From Syncephalis fuscata S228 (lineage: Eukaryota; Fungi; Zoopagomycota): DNA of 64,000 nt. The stretch covers positions 62,001 through 126,000 of the forward strand of contig JAHLTZ010000037.1 of assembly GCA_025786725.1 (NCBI GenBank). The letters run 5' to 3'. The notes beneath the pieces were generated by a model. The model made no database searches. It saw only the letters and a program-made list of their open reading frames with translations, and had not been told where the DNA came from. The position numbers and the translations under genes were made by a program. Below, one piece after another: positions 36,547-51,200 of this stretch (the first letter of the stretch is position 1; the number at the start of each line of letters is the position of its first letter).

Positions 36547-37867
36547 CTATCGGCGTCGTTTACGTGTCGTATCTTCATAATCCTCACTTAAATCTCTACT
36601 GTGTACAGGCGATGATGAAGATGACGACGATGGTGAAGATGATGACACCATTGGTGTTGACACTGCTGATGTTGTTCTGGCGGTAGTTCGTTGACGGGCT
36701 GATGGTCTACCACGCCGAGTAGTAGTAGTAGTAGTGGTGGTAGTGGCAGTTGTAGTTGTTGAAGCTGCACCATGACTAGAACCAGTGGTTGCACTGGCAT
36801 TGGATCGAGCTGTAGGTTTACTGCGACCACGCTGTGTCGTTCTAGACGATGGAGATATGGCCGATGATGATCCAGAGGTGCGATATGATTTCTCACGTCT
36901 CATTGCCAAATAACTAAGTAATGACAACTTTAAGCTATCACAATAATATTAATTATGTTTGTCAATTTAATTACCTTGCCATTAATTGCTCCTGTTCCTG
37001 CTGTAGCGACGGTAAACGCGCCAATCCCAGCTTCAATCTTAATCGATCTACTGATTCTAAAACATAAGATTATTAACAAAAATTCTTTTTAAGCAATGCC
37101 ATTATAAACTTACCTTTAAGTGGCTCATGTCGTTCCAAGCGTATCTGTTCAACTGAATGCTCTAATTCATCGCGACTTTTTGTTAACTGTTCGTAAAGTT
37201 GATTCATCTGTTCAGCTTCGTCTTGTATTTGCTGCAATAAACTAATTGTGGCTGATTTTTGCCGTTTTAAACGAGCCATCTGTTCTTCTGTACCGAGCAC
37301 TTGTTCTTTGATAATATTCAACGATTGCTGTTGTTTTAAATAGTCCTGGCGGGCCATCTCCAACTTGCCTTGTTGCTCGCTATAATACTGTTAGCGTTTT
37401 TTGCCATTATACCTGATTATAGAGCATTTAGATGAATGCTAATAGCCTACCGTAACTGCAATAGTGGCAACCATGATTTCTCTGTATTCACCAGCTGTGC
37501 TGGTGAGTGACGTGAATTACTATAAAAAAGAAAAGTCTATTAATATAATTTGAATCTACACACATTGACACACATTGATATCACACACACACACATCCAT
37601 CCATCCATCCCCTTCATTATATTATTGTAGAAATAAATTTAAATCATTGAATAGTTTTGCAAATTAACATGTTACGTTTACTTACTTGTGTTGCGGTTGT
37701 TGCTGTTGACTATTATTGATCATAAGTAACGACGTCGACAACGGTAACGAAGATGGCTGATTATGGGTACTATGAGCATTGGAGTTGTCAGGAGGTGACG
37801 CATTTAATCCTGCCATTTGTGGTGCAGTCGGTGCTGTTGATGTCGATGGTGTTATATTGTGCTCCAT
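36547..37867 (-). CDS. Uncharacterised coiled-coil protein with Ser/Thr/Arg-rich basic C-tail; multi-exon
   Basis: ATG at 37867, GT-AG-bounded exons including EMARQDYLKQQQSLNIIKEQV coiled coil, C-terminus ending TRKRRR* (NLS-like). Confidence 0.6.
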
Positions 37868-38090
37868 AGTCGTTTAATTGATTAATACGATAGAATGGGT
37901 AGTATAATTAAAGACTAGTCTGTTCAGTATTTATTTAATCGTTCATAGAGGGATGATATAACTAATCGGTCACGATAATAATATCAAGTGACTGTATGTG
38001 GCAGGAAAAAAGAAAGAGAATAAAAGTAAATTATTATTCCTTAGTCTCTATTCGGCTTATTATCTTACGATCTTGACTCTAACACGTAAT

Positions 38091-38704
38091 ATGTGGTTTT
38101 CAAGTTTATTGAATCGTCATGCACTGGCAAACACGACAAGCGTGTCCTATTTACTACCTACAGGTAATATGATAATGCGTTTATGTAGTGAGAAATCTAA
38201 ATAGTGGCTATTAATACGGATATGGGCAGTAAGATCAGTTGGACGGAGTGCGCTTTCGCCACGATCATTTTCTATACTGTCATCGTTGTCGTCGTCCAGC
38301 CAATTACTTGGTCGTTATGGGCTACCTTGGCTAGGCGCTAATACTACAGCAACAACAGCAATAGCGCAGTCGACCATGACTCAAAGCACACGATCGTCGT
38401 TATTGTCGACGTCATTTTTTACCGAACAGCGACGTGGTGTCAAAAAGCTTAAAACGCATAAAGGCGCGGCCAAACGGCAAGTGCCTAGAAAGACGACTAC
38501 TTAACACTGGCTTACCACTGGGTATTGCTATCTAGATGGATGCGCACAGGACCTCGACGCACCGGAGGCTGGAAACGCGGACAAGCTGGTAAACGTCACT
38601 TGAACCATGGTATGGGAGCTGAACGTATTCGATCGCTTAGAGGTGCCGTTCATGCTAATAAGACGCAATCTACACTGCTACGTCGCCTACTGCCATTTGC
38701 TTAA
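38091..38704 (+). CDS. Mitochondrial ribosomal protein bL35m
   Basis: Presequence-like N-terminus, then KLKTHKGAAKRW...KRGQAGKRHLN...LLRRLLPFA, the L35 signature. The second intron is GC-AG. Confidence 0.85.
38477..38535 (+). other. Non-canonical GC-AG intron in bL35m
   Basis: Donor CG|GCAAGT and acceptor TCTAG|; removal restores in-frame AAKRW. Confidence 0.75.
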
Positions 38705-38887
38705 TCATTGTCATATACAATAGATAGATTGATGTATGACGCGGTATCTAAAGTATACATACACCTTATTCAAATAAATTGGTTAAAAAATACACTTTTT
38801 TATTTGTTTTCTCTTCTACACACACCACCACCACTGCCACTATCGCTTATAGTTTGTTAGTACACAGCACTTTTTCAGCCTATAAAT

Positions 38888-39671
38888 ATGCCTAAAAAGA
38901 ATGCCGGCAGTGGTAAGAAAGCAAAGGGTGGCGACGGTAAGTAGTTGATGTATGTTCATGCGCAATAGCTGACCAGGCAATCATTAGCCGAAGAAGGCTC
39001 GTCGTCAAAAGCAAGTGGTGGCTTAAAGGCGGCCACCCATGTTAAAGTAGTCATTTGTAACTGCTTCAAGTGTAACTTTTAACAATGATTATGTTTAGGT
39101 GAGACATATTCTATGTGAGAAGCACGGTAAAGTAAGTATTTGGTTGATAAAAGAAGTCATATTAATAACAAATAATGTTAATGTCTAATAGGTAATGGAT
39201 GCCATCGCTTTATTACAAGAAGGAATTAGATTTGATCAGGTAATTAGTGATCAATATTGGAGTGTTGTATAATATTAGATATCTATATGTAATTATGAGC
39301 ATTATTAATCATATTAAATATTAGGTGGCTGAGAAATATTCTGAAGGTAGATGGATATTTTATTTAATGGAATAGAATAGAATAGAATACTAATTACCCA
39401 CTAATATACATCCATATACACTGTACAGATAAAGCTAGATCAGGCGGTAAGTGATATGAAACCGTACATATAGTTGTTAATAGTTATATTCCATATTATA
39501 ATTATTGTTATAGGCAGTTTAGGTTGGATGCAACGCGGTTCAATGGTGGGCCCATTCCAAGATGTTGCCTTCCAGTTGACACCCAGTACTTGTGGCTCTC
39601 CCAACTATACTAATCCACCAGTTAAAACCAAATTTGGTTATCATATTATTATGGTGGAGGATCGTAAATAA
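38888..39671 (+). CDS. PIN4: Parvulin-type peptidyl-prolyl isomerase Par14/PIN4
   Basis: Spliced [14 protein letters not shown]...[32 protein letters not shown]...[13 protein letters not shown]. About 7 introns with micro-exons. Confidence 0.93.
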
Positions 39672-40058
39672 ATAGTAACAAGTCAAATGTAATTTGAATT
39701 CTCAATATTGTTATATTATTACATATTACATATTATCATCATTATCATTATTATTAATAGTTAAAAAGTAACAATGGCTTTTAATATAGCATTATTTGAA
39801 TAGGTGGGTTGTAACTCGGTATCGATAAATCATTGGCACGCTATAGAAAAAGAAAAGAAAAAAAAGTAAAACAAACAAACAAACAAATGCCAGCATGCTG
39901 TAAAATCAAAAACAAAAGATGCAAATCATGTCATGACCAAAGTAGAATACTTGTGACAAATAAAAACGAAAAATAAAATAAAATAACGAAATAGAAAGAA
40001 GTTAAAGATTCTACTCTATAAAAGAAACAGATTACGAATAAACTGGGGTCATGAATTG

Positions 40059-43295
<3,237 letters not shown>

Positions 43296-45110
43296 CTTTG
43301 TGCGGGTTTAAAAGACGCCTAGCTACCGCGACTGGCTTGTTGACAATAAAAATAACGATATAATAACAAAGGTCAACGGTTACAGAATGGCGACAGCAAT
43401 AAAATTAAACGCAAAGCTTGGTTATACAGGCAAATTCAAATGCAAAAAAAGCTCCGGATGGTTTCACTCTTGCAATTGGACAGTCGCTTTTTATGGTCGT
43501 AGTTACAGCTCTCTAACGGTCAACCGTAAAAGGTGATAAAAAGAAAAGAAAGGAAATCGCCACGAGTTATGAGTGTGATTGCAGTTTCAATAAAAAAGTA
43601 TAAAGAAAAGCGGAATGCAGAAAATGATGGTTAACTATAGTAGTTTTGGTGATTAAAGGTTGAATTGCAGTAGTAGTAGTAGTAGTAGTAAGCGTAGAAG
43701 GAGTGCTAGTAGTAAAAGTGTTATTGTAAACTGTTATAGTAGTGTTGTTACTGGTAGTGGTGAAAGAAAAGGTGTGTGTGTGTAGTAAGTAAGCTGTGGT
43801 CGTTGTTATTATTGTTGTTATTGTAAGAGTGAAAAGAATAAGGAGTGAGAACCAAAGAAATGAAGAGCACGTGAAATTGCTGAAGTGGGATCGTGACAAA
43901 GGAGATCAATCGCACGTGACAGTGAGAGTTAGACAGAATGTAAAATCAAACTAAATCCTATTTGTAACTGACACGCGTAACTACAACAATCTACTCGTAA
44001 GTTGAATAGTGTAGACCGTCTAGAGGAAGGGATGAAGGAAGGAAGGGATGAAGAGATGGAGGGAGAGAGAGAGAGAGACACGTCAAACAGTAAACGCTAG
44101 AGTATGAGGCACAAAAGGACCGCACTCTTAATTATATACAATAATGTTAATGATAAACTATAAAGCAATCAAATAAATTGGCTAAAAAATAATGAGTTAT
44201 TATTATTGTTCTTATTGTTGTCAAGCTAGAAACAATTCCCTGGTTGTTGTTGTCGTTGTGACTGACAACCAAGTAGTAGTACACGCTAGTGCGTAGATAT
44301 TAATATTCAAGAAAAAAAGCAGAATAAAAGCGGAATAAAAGAATGAAAAAATGTTAACAAATCAGTGACTATTATGGTTGATCTGTGTGATATATAAATA
44401 ATTCTACGAACGGGTTAAGCAAATAGAAACGCCACATTAATTGGCGGCTGGACGAATCGTTGAGCAAGCCGGCTTCACGTGTGTAAACCACGCATTCATG
44501 CTTATGACACGTATTTTGTTGTTGTTGTTGCTGCTCTGCTATTTTGTTGTCACTGCTGCTCTACTACTTTGTTGTTACCGCTGAACGTGGATCACAGTAA
44601 GCGGCACTGACATGTGATCTGAGTGGGCCATGATTTGCTAGATAGTAAAGATGATGGAGTACCGGTTGAGTCTTAATATCCAATAAAAGGAGTCGTTCTA
44701 TAACTGGCTAAATAGAGGCCAGGAGACAGGATATAATGTCGTGTTAGTGGGCTGCATAATAAAAGGGGAGCGTATATAGAGACTACGGCTTACCCAACCG
44801 ACGACAACGACAACATCGAAGATATGAACACGGTCGTTTGTGTGAAGTAGTCCTGGCTTGGTTTCTATTTTAATATCACATGTTGATGCTGAAATGGGTG
44901 TTGATTGGGTCGAATGGCATTCCTTTTCCGTGAAGTTGCCTTTTTGACGTCATGGCGCGGTAACTATACTACTATTACCTTGTAATTAGTATGATTTTAT
45001 AATTCCCATTACACTAATTAGCAGCCACTTTTATAATAACACCAATTTAATTGTATTAATTTAATAAATTTATTATTTTCTCTTTTAATGTTTTTCTTTT
45101 TTAAAACGTG

Positions 45111-46210
45111 ATGATGACGCATACTTGGAATACGGCTTTAACAAAACTGCGTCACCATTTAAAGAGTCATGGCCTTGATTTATGCCAGCTATTCAGTATA
45201 CAACGGTTGGCATTTGATAGATAATGCAGTAATAACTCACTAATACGTAGATTGATAGGTATAATAGCCTTATTCATGATACTCAGTATCACTTAGCTGT
45301 ATCGACTGCATCGCCTTATGGTCTATTGTGGGGAACACATGTCAATTTTGGCCACCCTTTTGTCGCTGGTTAGAACGACAGCGCAACGAATTTGTACAGA
45401 CTAATTCGACAAAATGGCACTTAAATAATCCAAACCCTGTTGATACTTATGTACAGCAAGCAATGAAGGCGGCCCTTGCTGCGGCTAATATTCCTCAGTT
45501 AGCCGTTGAGTCATCGCATGGTTCAGCCTCTACAAACAAGACGTTCGGCGTAGTTGATATCCGATATGCCCATGAAATGGCCCCAGGTCGATTATTACCT
45601 ATACAAACGGTTGCTCATGCTGCTGGATTAGCTTATTATTTAAAAAGTATTGGTCTTTGTAGTCATCCTATTTATGGCCCATGGATTGCTTTCCGAACTG
45701 TTGGTAAGCCATTTATTATTTATGACATAATTTATTGACAATAATAACCTGATTTTAGTATTGTTTGAAGGCTCTCATATACTGGCTTCAGAGTTTGATG
45801 AAGTTAATTTATCCTGTCCGTTTTCGTTGGAACAGCAAGAAGCATTGAGTCATTTATTGAATAAGATACTAACAAGACAAAATCATACTGTACCTAGATT
45901 TTCAGCTTCTAATGGCACTGATTCAATTCCATCAACTAGTATGACTGTCGATGACACTATTAATGCGTTGCTCGATCATACAGCCACAGATCAACAGACA
46001 CGCGATTGGATTCATCAAGTTTGCCATCAAGGCCAACTTACAACTTTACATGGACATTCTCCACGACTAGATTGGCTTTTGTTAAGAGTACGTGCAGCTG
46101 CAATGCTAAATATAGATTCCGCACATTGGTATGTGGCTGATCAAGCAGCTTATCATTATAGCAAGCGATTGACGCTACTCGAAGAAATTGTGGAAGAGCG
46201 TGAAAGCTAA
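45111..46210 (+). CDS. MMACHC: CblC/MMACHC-like cobalamin-processing (decyanase/dealkylase) protein
   Basis: RYNSLI...VGNTCQFWPPF...NPVDTYV...IQTVAHAAGLAYY...HPIYGPWIAFR parallels the CblC motifs (DPVD, QTAAHVAGAAYY, HPRFGGWFAIR). Two introns, one frameshift at ~45325. Confidence 0.82.
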
Positions 46211-46547
46211 TTGATTAAACATCTGCTAATGACCACTCTATCTATTCTTTTAAACACACCATCAATACCTATGATTATCTCGCATAGTATAACACGCCAC
46301 ATAACTATTAAAGCTCACTCATTAGTATACATTGATCATATGGGCAACTATGTATATATACACATATAGACAGACACTATTAAATAAAGGCCGTCCTAAC
46401 AAGAGCGAGTCATTGTTACGATGCAATTTCGCGCGTCAAGTGCAAACAAAAAGGAAATGGTAACTGCACGACAATCACTGAAACATTTTGTCAACGTGGG
46501 TAAAATGGCGGTGGTGTGCTGTTCATTGGTGTTTGATGTTAATTGAT

Positions 46548-47419
46548 TTAATCAATCTTGCGACGGAAAGAGCAACCTATAAATTACAATATATATATAA
46601 TGATCAGTCACCATTTCGATAAATAATTATGTTTTAAACCAAAAGATAAAACTATTACTGTTTTTGACTAACTTACCTTCGGTGAGACGGGCACGGCCAC
46701 CGGTTGGTTGGCAGAGGACGGTGGAGCAACCGCCGCAAAGCACTACAGTTTGGGCGTGGCTGAACACGGTGGTAATCTGGAAGCAGCCTGGGCACTTGAC
46801 ATCCATGAAGTACGAGTTTGGCGACTGTACCAAGCGCTTAAGCTTGTGCTGACGCTTCTCGTGCTCTGGGGATGGGTTAAGCAGATCAACAGCGAGCTAA
46901 TATAAAAACAATATATTGTTAATAAAAATAAAATAAAATAAATAGATTACGGAATCCGTATAGCATAAGGAATCCGCGTCAGCATATGGAATGTATGCAA
47001 GATCGCAGAGGAATCCATCGCTATGACTATTGCTACACGCTAACCAACACACGACCAGACACTAGAAATGCAATGACTGGTCGATCGCGGTAATAATAGT
47101 ACTGTAAATAGCGATGGAAATCGCTACTACTAGTATATTAGATTTGCCTCTGTTCGTTTACTAGTATCTAGCTATATAGCCATTCTATATGCGCATCTAT
47201 CCATCTATCCATCCATTAATATATATCATGCATCAATAGCGCCTCTTCTATATACTATCGTGCATTATTCAACACTATCTATCTATCTATCTATCATCCA
47301 TCCATCTATACATCCATCCATCCATCTAGTCACTCCATTCAATCTTAATGCTAACATCATTCCTCCATCTATCTATATTCTTTTTAGCAATTTCAACCGT
47401 AATAAATACTTACAACCAT
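46548..47419 (-). CDS. RPS27: 40S ribosomal protein eS27
   Basis: MV|LAVDLLNP...[64 protein letters not shown]. 517 nt first intron. Confidence 0.97.
46945..47155 (-). ncRNA. Candidate structured intronic RNA element in RPS27 intron 1 (regulatory element or snoRNA)
   Basis: Nested complementary blocks 47006-11/47147-52, 47014-24/47108-18 (11 bp perfect) and 47052-58/47077-83, plus three GGAUUCC copies. Confidence 0.45.
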
Positions 47420-48288
47420 GATGAGTACTTAGATGTATATGTGCTGCAACAATAGACGGCCAACTGTTTTAGTAAAGGCTCAGATACGCGAGCAGGAAAG
47501 GAAAGTGCCTCAGTCTGTGATGGGGAAATATCACTTTTGTCACCATCCCCACTCACTCACCAATCTGTCACTCGTTGTTGTATTCACACACGTCACAATA
47601 AACATTGCTTGTTATTATAATTGTTGTTATTATAATTGTTGTTATTATTGTTATTGTTATTGGTGTTGTTATTGGTGTTGTTGTTATTGATACTTATGTC
47701 ACTTCTACTATTTACTAATAAATATAAACATCTACTATTACTACTTCTATTACTACTAATAATAATTGGTATCATCATGTAAAATAGTAAAAGTGACATA
47801 AGTATCAATAACACCAATAACAACAACAACACCAATAAAGCTAAATCATATATCTATCTATATATTAATATAGGAATCTATACAGTTGTTTCAACTTTCA
47901 ATGTCATTCATATATCACTCATATTGGTGACTGACGCTTGTGTAACAAATTCTGCCTGATTTTCAACCACCCTAACGTGTATGCGTTGATACAGTGGCAT
48001 GTTATTTCTTTTCTTATATGCTCTGTATCTTATTGACATGTATTCTGTATAATACAGAATCTCTACTGATTACTCCTACTCGGCAAAGCTATTCCTTATC
48101 ACGCTCTATCATTAACTTATCCCTCGCATAGTCTAAATTGCTATTCTCCTCTGTAAACAATCGGGGGCGACTTTGTCTGCTATCTTCGTTGCTTCTACGC
48201 ACTGCTATTTAGAGTGACTGTCGGCGATCTTGTCAACACCTTTCATCTTTGTTTCTAGTTTATTTGGTCACATTATTGGAACAGTGTG

Positions 48289-51200
48289 ATGGCATACAAT
48301 CATTTCTTTAACAATCGAACGTTCTGGCTAGTTGGCTTTGACGATGCACGAGCTCAACAAATCAAGGAGACGATTGTTGACAATGGCGGTTCAGTGGTAT
48401 TTAAACTGGATTCCGAGGTAAATACTCAGTAACGCATTTATTTAACATAGTATTGACAAATAGCAACCATGGTCTATTTATATTTAATATTATGAATAGA
48501 CGACGTATTGTGTGGCTACACCTTCTGAAATGGAAAACGTAGAAAACATCCTTCATGGTGTACATGATTTGGATGTTATTATTATTAAAGAAGAGGATAT
48601 ATGGAAGAATGGCTGTAGAGATACTGATCGCCGTGGTAATAACAGTGGCGGTAGTAATAGTAACAGTCGAAATGATCAACGAACAGCATCGGAAACATCA
48701 ACAAGGTAAATATTATAATAATAGTAATTAAATAGTAATTAAATAGTAATTAAATGGTTAATTAATTAGAAGTCGTAATCGAAGTATTCCAGAATATGAT
48801 GGTGATGATTACTTTGGTCAATCACACAATCGTAATCGACAATCAACAAATAGACACCGAAGTCGAAGTCGAACAAGTGGAACAGTACGTACTCCAAGTA
48901 TCATTCACAGTCCTTTGAATGGCGATGACGAACATTCGGGCAATCTAAAGCGCACTAATAGCGATACACATTCGTTTAGAACTCATCGGTAATTAATATT
49001 TAATTCAAACTTTAGTATACAGCTAATTGATTGCATCATCTAGAAGACATTCTAGCAGTGCTGGAACGAGTGGTGGCCTATTTGGCGAACAAAGTGATCA
49101 GCACGATAATAATAATATTGAAGAAGACGATGACGGTCAACAAAATAACTTTAAATCAAGTACTCATTCTAGACTACATCGATCGAGAAGTGACGATGAT
49201 TCAAATTCAAATCAAAGTTGGCAAGGAGACGATGAAGATGAAGATGAAGATGGTAATGCCAATGTATCACGTTTATCAATAAGAATGCAAGATGGCGATA
49301 ATGAAGACGATGAAGACGATGGGGATGGCGATGAAGAAGAGATACTTGAAGAAGAAGACGAAGACGATGAAGACGACGATGAAGACGTATTAGGGAATGA
49401 AAATGAAGCTATTGCTAATCACAATAACCAAGATGAATTAATTGAAGACAGTAAACATCAATATCAATCAAAAACAACACAAAACTTGAATCGATCAACT
49501 ACTGAACGTAATAGTAATAATAGTGTTAGTACTGATGCAATTGATCAATTATCTCATTCATTGAAGTTACTACACTTTCATCACCTAATATGGGCAAAGA
49601 AGGCCGTCGTGCTTCTTTAGCTATGTCCACTATGAACGATAATGGACATGATGCTGTACATCGACCCAATTTGATGCATAAAGGCCACAAATCAGTACCA
49701 ACCACTTCTTCATCGACGGGACAACATCTAAATCAACAGTCCTCACCAGCAACACCCCCTCGACAATCTCATAGTTATAGTGGGGCCAGTAAACATCGGG
49801 GTGAACAGGGAAGAACACACAGAGAACATCGTCATCGACGTAGACCAAGTGCAACACGTCCATTATTAGCAGCTGGTAACTATTTTAGAGATCAAGATCG
49901 AGAACCTTTATTACCATCTTCATCGGCAACAATATTAGCGGCCAATAAGGCAAAAGGACAATTGCCTACTGAACCAGTATCCGATCCATCATTACCTACA
50001 ACATTTCATCCCTATTATATTCGACAAGGAGGAAAGGAAATTGATCCAGATAGTGACTACTTTGAAGAGGAAGATTTTAGCGAATTAGATGATGGCAATT
50101 ATACAGATTATACATCAAGCGATGAAGATCCAGGTTCAGATGGTCAAGGTCCTCTAATAAGCGATACAGCTGCTATGTCATCGTCAATTACTTCGTTAAA
50201 TGAAACAACTACTTCTGCTACAGTTGAAACTAAGCCAGAAGCGTTACTTGGCTCACCACCACAACTAGCCACTACCAACAATCAGTTAGAAGCAGAAGAT
50301 ACGAAGAAGCAAAGTAAATCACCTTCATTACCAGCTGATTTACTGCAACCAACCGCTAATAAGCGACTCAGTGCTATTACCGATAATGCAGATGGCGATT
50401 ATATAGATTATCAACAAGAACGACAGGAACGACTTGAATGGCAAAGTATGCTTACATCGGTGTTGACCGGTGAGGTGATTCGAAGCGAGAAGCGTCGATT
50501 GTCAAGCAATACAAATGCTCGAGAACAGGCAGCAGAACTTCATAATCAAATCTGGATTGGTCTACGGGCCATTGTTCGTGGAAGAACACTTGCTGAAGAA
50601 CGTCGTTTTGTTGCCGAGGCACGTTCACATGTTGATACGCTATTGGAACGTGTTATGGCATTTCAAGTACGACCAGGTCCCCACGATGCATTGGAGCAAG
50701 TTACCGAACTATTACAGAATGTAGATGCCGCCGAACGATTATGGCCACATCGCAAGGCTATGATGAGCGATCAGCCAATCTATGCCTCGCCAGAGTTCCA
50801 ACGTAGTTTAGATACACTTAATTCATGGTGTACAGTAACCAAAAGTTTACAAATGCAATTGAAGATTTTACGTAATTGGACGGGCAGTGATACACTTCAA
50901 GTATCAACGCGTACAATTGTCAATGCTAGTGAAACGAGTACACATGACACACCAATGGCTACTGTGGCCGATGAACCGACATTTGTAGAACGAATTATGA
51001 AAGAGAATGGCCTACAAAATACATTTGAAAAGAGTACACTTGCTTCACTTAGTCGTTTATTACAACGGGCCAAGCATGATCAAACAGAAAATGCTGAATC
51101 ATTTGCTCGTATGGGACTGCCTAACTATATTGAGGAATTGGCTATTTTAATTGCCTTTCCACTTAATTTAATGGAACAATTCCTACGGCTACGACTTGAA

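Noticed and set aside
47433-47835. Cys/Tyr-rich and Asn-rich ORFs
   Set aside because: Products of (TTG/TTA)n microsatellite sequence in the RPS27-SSK2 intergenic region.
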